Source: Octopus vulgaris (lineage: Eukaryota). From it: a stretch of 64,000 nucleotides of DNA. Location: positions 54,312,001 through 54,376,000 of the forward strand of contig OX597825.1 of the NCBI GenBank assembly GCA_951406725.2, written 5' to 3'. Below are positions 54,508 through 64,000 of the stretch, one piece after another. Numbering within the stretch: position 1 is the stretch's first letter; each line of letters begins with the position of its first letter. The position numbers and the translations under genes are program-made. The notes under the pieces are model-generated. The model did no database searches. It had not been told where the DNA came from and saw only the letters and a program-made list of their open reading frames with translations.

Positions 54508-55488
54508 CATACAAACATACATATGGATATATATCCATATATATATGCGAGTGTGTGTGCGTGTATGGGTGTGAGTGCGTGTGAGTACATACACCCACAT
54601 ATGTTCTTACGTCAGTACATATAGATCCGCACACATAGACATATACACACATACACTTACAGTCAGTCTCGGTATTTCGTTAATCTAGCTCAGTCTGATT
54701 TATCTTGTGGCTTCCGTTTCGAAATCTATACTTGGTTTTCCAACTATGACCAGCAGAACCGAACAATGGCCAGCATTCAATAATTACTGCTTCGCCTCAA
54801 TCTTCACTATTTCTCTAATTTAATGTCTCCTTACTAAACGATTTTATTTATAGAATTCATTTATTAGTTCCTCATAACATTTTCAAATTCTCAACTATTT
54901 CCCCTCGGATTTATATCAACTCAAAGTAGCTCAGAAGATAAATTTAACATAGCTCTTCTCCCTTCTTCATGTCGTGTCTTTATCACCGTCTTCCTTTCTT
55001 TGAATCCTATCTGCACATGTACATACATATGTAACACACACACGCCATCACGCACACACCACACATACACACACACACACAAGCATAAAGGTACTCACAC
55101 TTAAACACACATTCATACAAACATGAAAGCGCGTTCTTACATACAAACGTATAGATTCAACTTCTTTCTCGATCGTTCTACCTCTCTCTCTCTCTTTCTC
55201 TCTCTTTTTTTCTTTCTTTCTTTGTGATTATGATGTCTTTTTATTTTCATTTCGATTACATGCTCTCTCTCACGTATACATATGTGTGTTCGTGATCGTA
55301 AGTGTGTCTGTATGAACATATCTATATTTGGATGTGTGTGTGTATGTATAAATGCTCTTACTAATGCGTGATTATGATACTTCTGATTTGCAATATAACT
55401 TCATTTGGTGGCCTATGTACGTATGTATATATATATGTGAAACAAGGTGGAAAAAAGAGTACTCAAATATCAGAGGTAGAGTATTATG

Positions 55489-55642
55489 CTTTATTTAAAA
55501 GCAGCAGAAATATAACAAAAGCTTTTACTCGGAGTTTCACGTTCCCGTTCGTCGGACAGTTTTTTTTAACAAAACTGTCCGACGAAAGGAAACGTGAAAC
55601 TCCGAGTAACAAATTTTGTTATATTTCTGCTGCTTTATATAA

Positions 55643-55644
<2 letters not shown>
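55489..55644. ncRNA. Head-to-head palindrome of two minimal hammerhead motifs (CCGACGA core variant)
   Basis: Arms about 75 bp; plus tgt-CCGACGA-aaggaaacgt-GAAA-ctccgag-TA-aca (55576-55611); minus tgt-CCGACGA-acg-ggaa-cgt-GAAA-ctccgag-TA (55523-55558). Confidence 0.7.
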
Positions 55645-55702
<58 letters not shown>

Positions 55703-55718
55703 CATATTAATATTTATT

Positions 55719-56045
55719 CTGTTGTGTCTGAGGAGAGTCATTGTCTTTTAGGGGCTTATAATTTAACACACTCAGCGGTAAAGTTTTCACTTATTTATTT
55801 ATTTTTCTAAAACTTTCGTTTCATCTTGCAACCATTTCAATAGTTGTTGACTCTATTCAACTATTGATAACATTCAAGACGCAACGAAAGTTTTAGAAAA
55901 ATACATAAGTATATGAGTGGAAACTTAACCGATAAGTGTGTTAAAATATAAGGCATTTAAAGAGAACGAGTCTCATTAGACACAACAGTATATGCTTCAA
56001 TACACGAACTCACATAAAGAATCTTGCAAACCAAATCCAAATACG

Positions 56046-56050
<5 letters not shown>
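55719..56050. mobile_element. Palindromic repeat, arms about 130 bp, axis at about 55852; probable inverted PLE terminal repeats
   Basis: ctgttgtgtctga..ttcaatagttg / caactattga..tagacacaacag; homologous to 1186-1388. Confidence 0.75.
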
Positions 56051-56079
<29 letters not shown>

Positions 56080-56122
56080 TGCTATTAAGTTAGACATGGC
56101 CGAAACCTATCAAAGTATCAAA

Positions 56123-56158
<36 letters not shown>

Positions 56159-56449
56159 CATATATCTATATGACATTACAAATAAACTTCAATCTTGCTT
56201 CCTTGCTTGCAATGCTACACAGCAAAACCGACACATGATGGGAAAATACACCGAAAATAACAAAACCCTAAAAGGGAAAAAATTCTAGCCTTCCTATTAG
56301 ACACATTATGATGGGCAAAATATTTCTAAGTGAAAAGGATTTTAAAAATACGATAAGTATTTTGTAAAAGACCCGTTCGTAACCTCGGTCTGAAACAGTG
56401 TTTTTTTCATAGGTTTCTTTCGAGTGTATTCAACGTACCTTACATCCGA

Positions 56450-56567
56450 AGATTTGGCTGCTACTTCTAGCACACCCTACTACCACGTAAAAGCTATTTG
56501 CGATAAAGGACCCGGAATACCTATTACGTAGTGGCAGGGCGTTCCAAGAAATAGCAGCGAAATCTTT
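56450..56567. mobile_element. MITE-like imperfect hairpin
   Basis: aagatttggctgctacttct..ccctactaccacgtaa / ttacgtagtggcaggg..agaaatagcagcgaaatctt. Confidence 0.6.
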
Positions 56568-56758
56568 TCTTTTCTAGGGAGAGGAACCGTTTACGCGTGA
56601 TTTCGATGTTACATTCATTGAAAGCATGCGAAGTAACCTGGAAAAGAAAACAATTAAGTCCACGAAACAAACTTTCATTACTGGGAAACTCGGGCTTACT
56701 CGGTAACTCAAATTATTGGTGACCCAACGGGTTACGGATTTTCTAGTATATATGTATG

Positions 56759-56813
<55 letters not shown>

Positions 56814-57029
56814 ATATATATAGATATATATGTATATATATACATATATACATATATATATGTATGTATATATATGTACGCGTCCCTCTGATTTATATCA
56901 GACAATTGAAACACAGTGCTCATTACCTCCCCTATTGTGGTGGATATGATTTTATGTGGACTGCCTATCGTCTCTCAGGTCGAGTTTCTTACCTCACTGA
57001 TCTTCACGCTGTTACTCGTCATTATTGAT

Positions 57030-57115
57030 ACGCCTGTCTGTGAAGAACTCAACCATTTGCACATTAATTTCACGAGTAGGGTCCTCCGTTGGTTGGATCA
57101 ACTGACGGAGTGTCA
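57030..57115 (+). mobile_element. 3' fragment of SINE family C
   Basis: tgtctgtgaagaactcaaccatttgcacattaatttcacgag..actgacggagtg matches about 33490-33590. Confidence 0.75.
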
Positions 57116-57424
57116 ATTATATAACCATACAACCGTTACTTTACATAATATAATTGTCGTTATACTAACAATAGCTATGTCCAGCTTTTACAATTCACAA
57201 AGAGGTAAATATTGCAGACGTAGATTTATATTAACTCAAAGCAATATATTGTACTTCTACTGTTATCATTAATAATGAATTTATATATTGTAGATATACA
57301 AATGTATCAATATATAGCTATAATAAAAACATACAGTGATAATATGAGACGATGTCATATAAATTTACATATATATTTACATATTATTATATCTAATCAT
57401 TCAGGTATTTTAGTAATGCACAAT

Positions 57425-57660
57425 GAGAGGCGACGAACTGGTAGAACCGTTAGCCCAGCCGGTTAGAAGCTTTTGAAACATTTCGTTTGTCTTTACCTGC
57501 TGAATTTGAATTCTGTCAAGGTCGACTTCTCTGTTATCATTTTCAGGGTACTTAAAATAAGTACTAGTTCAGCCATGGGATCAACTTCATCCACTAGCTC
57601 CTCTACAAAAAACATTCAGGCTGCTTTTTCTTTTGTTTTACCCCCTTAGTAGAAAGGGTT
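57425..57660 (+). mobile_element. SINE family A
   Basis: aggcgacgaactggtagaaccgttagc..aaggtcgactt..aaaataagtac. Confidence 0.75.
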
Positions 57661-57949
57661 ATAACAGTGAAATTAATACAATGTTATATAAGATAGTTGT
57701 ACACAAACGGGAATATATTGCTACGTTTACGATGTGCACTGATATTTAACATACAGTATAGCTGTACTGTTATATTATCATATAAATATAACGTATTTGT
57801 TCAATTATATTAATATATAGGTGTTTTATGGTTGTACATATGTATCAACACATAGCTAAATTGTAAGTAGATTAACTTATAGCTTAATGAAAATTGTTCA
57901 GTGGGTATTAACATACTGTATAGTGTTACTAACGCACAGGGATATTGTT

Positions 57950-58330
57950 CAACGCTAATAAAACACCTGAATTCTCCTGTAACTAAATTATACCAGAACA
58001 ATAGTTGTTTAACAACATTATCGAAAATCTAAACGATTCCACTTCATCGTTGCTTACCGAACTTAACAGAAAGGAACCACAAAAAAGAAAAAAACATGGT
58101 TTACATAATAATATATATGAAGTATCTTGGACAAAAGGATTGCAATGATTCAATATTTTGAAGAGACCAAGTCTACACAGCTTCCATACGACCAATCAAC
58201 TATCACAAGAAGGTGACAGAAATATTCTTCAACTGAAATTGTTGGAGAAATTGCAGTCTCTGTGGAGGTAACCCATTGGGACATGTAAATAGTTTCGGAA
58301 TCTCTGGAGAACTTAGAATATTTCAATTGA
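57950..58330 (+). mobile_element. Highly decayed mariner relic
   Basis: Fragments ERNHKKRK, EETK and SVEVTHWDM resemble LT..HK.KR, GDETW and GKVMA.VFWD. Confidence 0.35.
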
Positions 58331-58499
58331 CTACCTCGTTGCCAAGCTGATACGGTAACATAAATGAAACGTTAATCTAGTCTGTGTGTTTATATATATA
58401 TATATATATACATGCACATACATATATATGCATGTATGTATGTCTAGGTGAGCTGTTCAACTACTACTATTACAACAACCATTCCTACAAATGTCTGAA

Positions 58500-58595
58500 A
58501 TGATACTGCAGCTACAGCTGCTGCTGAAATACCAACAACTACTATTGCCACCACCACCACTAGTACTGCAACTCCTGCTGCAAATACAGCTACTA

Positions 58596-58630
<35 letters not shown>

Positions 58631-58660
58631 ATTGCATCTGCTGCTATTGCATCTGCTGTG

Positions 58661-58727
<67 letters not shown>

Positions 58728-58800
58728 TTATTACTACAAATACAGTTACTACTATTACTACTACTACTATTGTTGCTGTTGATGCTAAAAGTACTATTAT
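58500..58800. repeat. (TAC)n/(TGC)n compound trinucleotide repeat
   Basis: Direct reading. Confidence 0.9.
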
Positions 58801-59405
58801 TAACACTAATACAATTTACAGTAATAACGAGGAAATATATATTTCAGTATAAACAAAAATGTTTATGTAATAAAGTACTGTAAAATATTTAATGTATGGT
58901 CTATATGGATATCACACACACACATTTTTATATACATGCCCATATATATATACACATATATATATAATCCAATGATTGCGAAGATTTCACAGTTTCTTCA
59001 GGTATTCAGTATACCTCACTGTCACATGGATTATATGTGAGTGAAATAAAGGAAAGATTTATTGTTATATATAGCGTGAATTAATTTTCAATGGGCTTAT
59101 GAAAATATCCACGAATTAATAAATAAAATAGATATGAAATGTGAAAATCGTTTTTAATATCGCAGAATCGAAGAAAATTTATATAGCGGATGATATATCC
59201 TTAAATCCTCCGTCTAATGTTTCGATATTGGAAGAATATATAGGTGTCTGCGTGTGTGTGTTTTTGCGTGCGAGTGTGTATGCGTGTGTGTGTGTGTTTT
59301 CGCGTGCGAGTGTATATGCGTGTGTGTGTTTGTGTTTGTGTATTTACATGTATATCTAGAGAGGGAGACCGAGAAATAGAGAGATAGATATGAATATATA
59401 TGTAT

Positions 59406-59474
<69 letters not shown>

Positions 59475-59703
59475 CACGTAAATATATGAATACATTTACA
59501 TACATATCTGCACTGCATGTGTATATTATATATATATGGACCACAGTACATATATATAGACGTAAATATATGAATATATTTACATATATATCTGTACGTA
59601 TATATTAGATATATATATACACCCCAATACACACACATACATGTATGTATCTCTGTATATATGTATATAGGCATATATATGTGTGCATGTATGTATATAT
59701 ATA

Positions 59704-59749
<46 letters not shown>

Positions 59750-60839
59750 TACAATCATAATTGTCTACATTTGTGTGTACATATTCCTACACTCACATAT
59801 GGAAACATATATACATATGTATACATATTGATTTAATATATACCAGCATATATGTAAGGACCTGTGTATATATACGTGCATTGTACATATATACACATAT
59901 GTGCACATGTATACGCAATCATTTTGCCTGAGTAGGAAACCCTATCATTGCAGAGAATCATGCATTGTGAAAGTTGTACCTTGATACGATTATCTGAGAG
60001 CAATGGCGACTACAGAAGTGAGTAAAAATGGCTTCCGCTGAGAATGGAAATTCAATGGCGTCCTACTTGATTTGTCTGGGGATTTATATATTGCTCTAAG
60101 GTACTCATCACCAACCAAACAGTAATAATATATAAAGCAAATAATCGTGCAAAATCATATAATCTCTATTGATGAAATTGTAATTAAACATTCATAGGTT
60201 ACTGCCGCTCCCCAACACCATACACAGACTCGCATAAAGAAAACAAAATTCTGTAAATTACATATGGCGCTGCCTTGTTAAACACGACAGAGGGTGGAGA
60301 AAAAAAACTTTGCTACACGTACAAACATGAATCAATAATATACTAGCCATTAAGGCTGTTTTTGTTTTTATAAATAATGTTGTATTATGTTCAGTGACCG
60401 TAAAAGCTTCTTATCTTCTGTTGTGTGTGAAAGATCAGAAACACCAAGGTTATATCTTGTGTTTCGTAGATGTTGCACACTTTGCCTGTATATTTTGTCA
60501 CAGTAGCCATTTTGCTTCTTTGGTATGACACAATAGCCATTTTAATGTTATTGTTATACAATCGGCAGAGTAAATGGTTGCAGATATCGTGTCATAGTGA
60601 GTAATGTGTTGCCTCAAATGCCTCCAGTCAATACTTTATGGCACTTCTCTATTCTAAGTTCAAATCTCGCTGTGTTCATCTTTGATATTTCTAGTTCTTA
60701 CGCCTGTCGCTACATAGAAATTCTCTTAATGATCTTTTTTCTTCTTCATTGTCTTCTCTCCTTAATTTGTCATTATCGTTTTTAAAAATAAGAACTGTTG
60801 AGAATCTAGATCGATGTCATCGACATACACACTCTCGTT

Positions 60840-61257
60840 ACTCGTTTACTCGTTTACTTGTTTCAGTCATTTGACTGCGGCCATGCTGGAACACCGCCTT
60901 TAGTCGAGCAAATCGCCCCCAGGACTTATTCTTTGTAAGCCTAGTACTTAATCTATCAGTCTACTTTGCCGAACCGCTAAGTTACGGTGACGTAAACACA
61001 CCACCATCAGTTGTCAAGCGATGCTGGGGGGACAAACACAAACGCATAAACATATACACACACATACATGTGTATATATATATATATATATATATACATA
61101 CATATATACGACAGTTTCTGTCTACCAAATCCACTCACAAGGCTTTGGTCGGCCCGAGCCTATAGTAAGAGTCACTTGCTTAAAGTGCCAGGCAGTGGGA
61201 ATGAATCCAGAACCATGTGGGTGGTAAGCAAGCCACTTACCCACACAGCCACTCCTA
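60840..61257 (-). mobile_element. SINE family B, near full length
   Basis: Reverse complement aggagtggctgtgtgggtaagtggcttgcttacc..gggccgaccaaagccttgtgagtggatttggtagac; tail ..aaatgactgaaacaagtaaacgag. Confidence 0.9.
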
Positions 61258-61602
61258 AAAATTTGAAATTACAATTACTAGTAGTAGTACTAGGAGTAGT
61301 TGCTGTTATTGTTAATAAGATTTATCATCAGGTAACTCGCTGGTAGCATCCAGTGATTTGACTCCTTTTGGTGCTAGCAAAATAGATGGTAAATGATTAC
61401 GGCAATTCTCTGAATTGGTGTCGGTGGGATTTTAAACGGTATATGTTTATCCAGGTCACGCACTGATTCTTATTTTATATATATATATATAATATATATA
61501 TATATGTGTGTGTTTATATGCATGAATATATGCATATATATTATATATACACAAAGATATAGACATAAGTGCGTGTGAATATGTGTTAATTATATATATA
61601 TA

Positions 61603-61654
<52 letters not shown>

Positions 61655-62464
61655 AATGTTTGTGTGTGTGTTAATCATAAACACACGCGAATGGATTATA
61701 TGGTATCGGTACAATATTACATTAGGGTATTTTATTGTGTGATAAAATCATACATGAAGCTATGTAAGACTTGCTAATCTAGTGACATATCAATTATTCA
61801 CCTACATGCATTATGGTAGAGCCTGAAAAGTTGGGAGATTCAATGTAAAGGATTGTACAATCGTATAGATGTTGCATGTCTTTCAAACCAGATTGTACGA
61901 TGTTATGCCGCAATAAAATATCTAAATAAGACATTGTAGCGATACCAATAAATCCATTCGACCGTTTTTATGATATCACGACATGCTTAAAGTCCCACTC
62001 AATTTTGGATACTCTTGGATTTGTGGATTACCAAACATCTGTGAACTTCCCTTCATTGATGCCTCCTTCGCTAATGGAATAGATTGTTTTTCTGTTGACT
62101 TGTATCATTCTCTCTGGCCATCAAGTGTGGTGTGCTTCACTTTGATATGCCCCGATCTATTAAATGGATCCCCTTTCATCTATACATATTCATACATATA
62201 TGCGCTTCTATGTATTTGTATGTGCATGCGTATGTGTTGTTGTATATGTATGCATTTGCTTGGGTATGTATTTGTGTGTGTACGTTTGTGGACATGTGAC
62301 AGCATTTATGTGTGCTTTTGTATCTACGGAGACGTGATTGTGTCAGCAATTGTGTGTACACGTATGTGAAATATTTTACATGCGTTTCTGAATGGAGTAA
62401 AGTCGGTAGTAGCCGCATGTCAACATATTTTTAGGTGATTGCTTGATATGAGATTGTTTGATAT

Positions 62465-62700
62465 TTATGACCGGTTTAAAGGTGGTCGTTCATAGCTACA
62501 AATAGTAGCGATAGAAATGATGGGATATCGGACTAATGATTTGATAGTATCTAACAAAATTACAAATCTATTTGAGTTGGACTTTCTCATGAATTGAAGA
62601 ATTTTCGATGTATTATAGAATGTATCATGATGTATTAGTGTGTCCAGGTGGGGAAATATCATTATATATTTCGCTGCTTCGGATTCCCAGACGCGAACCT
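62465..62700 (-). mobile_element. Penelope-like GIY-YIG endonuclease C-terminal relic
   Basis: SIATICSYERPPLNRS resembles the PLE motif I.EA..I...P.LN; weak RT-like fragment upstream at 63190-63350 on the minus strand. Confidence 0.4.
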
Positions 62701-62856
62701 ACAGTTTGCTTAGGCCTAAACACTATTTGGAGATGATACTAGTGTTATTTTATTCCAACATGGCGGTCTAATGGTGCGACTCAGTCAATATTGTTGACTG
62801 TTTTAGTTAAAGCTAGGGTTTTAATTACACCCGTCTAGAGTTGCCTCTCTTCGGTA

Positions 62857-62889
62857 TTAATGACGGCGAGAGCTAGAAACGCGTCAGGG
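62857..62889 (+). ncRNA. Degenerate hammerhead-like motif
   Basis: TTAATGA-c-ggc-gaga-gct-a-GAAA-cgcg-TC-aggg; palindromic stem III ACGCGT; core and stem I degenerate. Confidence 0.4.
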
Positions 62890-63881
62890 AATCTGACAGA
62901 GGGAAGACACGTTGTTTTTACACCCTTTTTCTCTTACCATAAGAAAAGTTTTTCTCCATGGTAGCCGTAGTGAAATAGACTTTAGAACTTGAAATGTCAT
63001 AAACATAATTTAACTAACCTGAAGCTTGCTTAAACCTAAACACATATACATATGTGCGTGTGTGCGCGGCGCGAGTGTTCTAGTGTAATGTAAGTCTGTC
63101 CCCTGTTAGAGGGCTTCTCTAATCTAAATTAATGTGCAATTTATCTGTATCAGGACAACTTAATCTTCGTATGAAAAACATATGTGGATTCCTCTAATGT
63201 ATTTCTGTAGTAATACATCCATTAGTGGACTTCTGCAATGTATCTCAGCGTGTAACACATCGTCATAAGACATCCCATTTGTGTTGCAGAATTAGTAAGA
63301 GGTGTTTAACCTCGAAGAGGAAACATTGTGTTTGAAGAGTATAATGTGTCGTTTGTAGGCTAATTTAATATTAGGCCTCCGGTTGGCTAGTTACCAGTTC
63401 AAACCCCATCACTAACAATAAGTAACTTCAGCAACAATCACATAAAACAAAAACATTCCTGTGAATCTCTTTCAGATAAACCAAGCTAGGTAAATATTGC
63501 CATGGGGAGATGATTCGTGTTCACGTACCTTCGTTCGTTGAGATAATTAATTTCTCTCATTCACAATGAGGACAAAAATATCTTAATAGATCTGGAATAC
63601 ATGATTGTTTAATAATTATTGAATTGTAATAATTGTTATATGAATGTCTTGATGGTTGATTAAAGCATATTCAGAAATATGGCGAACGGAATTCAGAAAA
63701 ATAAGATTTTCAGGTTATGATGTGTGATTAGGTTGTGGTGGTGGTGGTGGTGGTTTCTTCATTGCCGCAAAACGGCACAGCAAGGTCCTCGTATTTGCTG
63801 AATCGCTTATGGGGAATATATGAATATACCCTTATACATACATACATATATATGCGTGTGTGTGTGAATATATATATATAC

Positions 63882-63935
<54 letters not shown>

Positions 63936-64000
63936 GGTTTTTTTCTTTCGGAAGACAAGGAACATATATATATAGAAAGCACGCCATCTAAGTCTGCAGA

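Overview
AT-rich eukaryotic DNA saturated with microsatellites ((TA)n, (CA)n, (GA)n, (TAGA)n, (TACA)n, (TAA)n, (TAG)n, (CAT)n). The SINE repertoire and repeat density point to an Octopus (coleoid cephalopod) genome; this is inferred from pattern recall, not a database search. No intact host protein-coding gene is supportable, and almost all listed ORFs are microsatellite artefacts. The window looks like a large intron or gene desert filled with transposon debris: tRNA-derived SINEs of three families, Tc1/mariner relics (mariner, maT/DD37D-like, Tc3-like, rosa-like), LINE relics (Dong/R4, RTE, CR1/L2-like, Tx1-like), a short non-autonomous Helitron and Penelope-like element (PLE) remnants. The strongest signal is a set of about 8-10 minimal type-I hammerhead-ribozyme (HHR) motifs. 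Four loci form head-to-head palindromes whose symmetry axis lies just 5' of the CUGANGA box. Other observations are local templated or inverted duplications, a 185-bp tandem triplication, and a segment where two unrelated sequences appear interleaved base by base (possible assembly chimera). Coordinates and translations were read by eye and boundaries are approximate.
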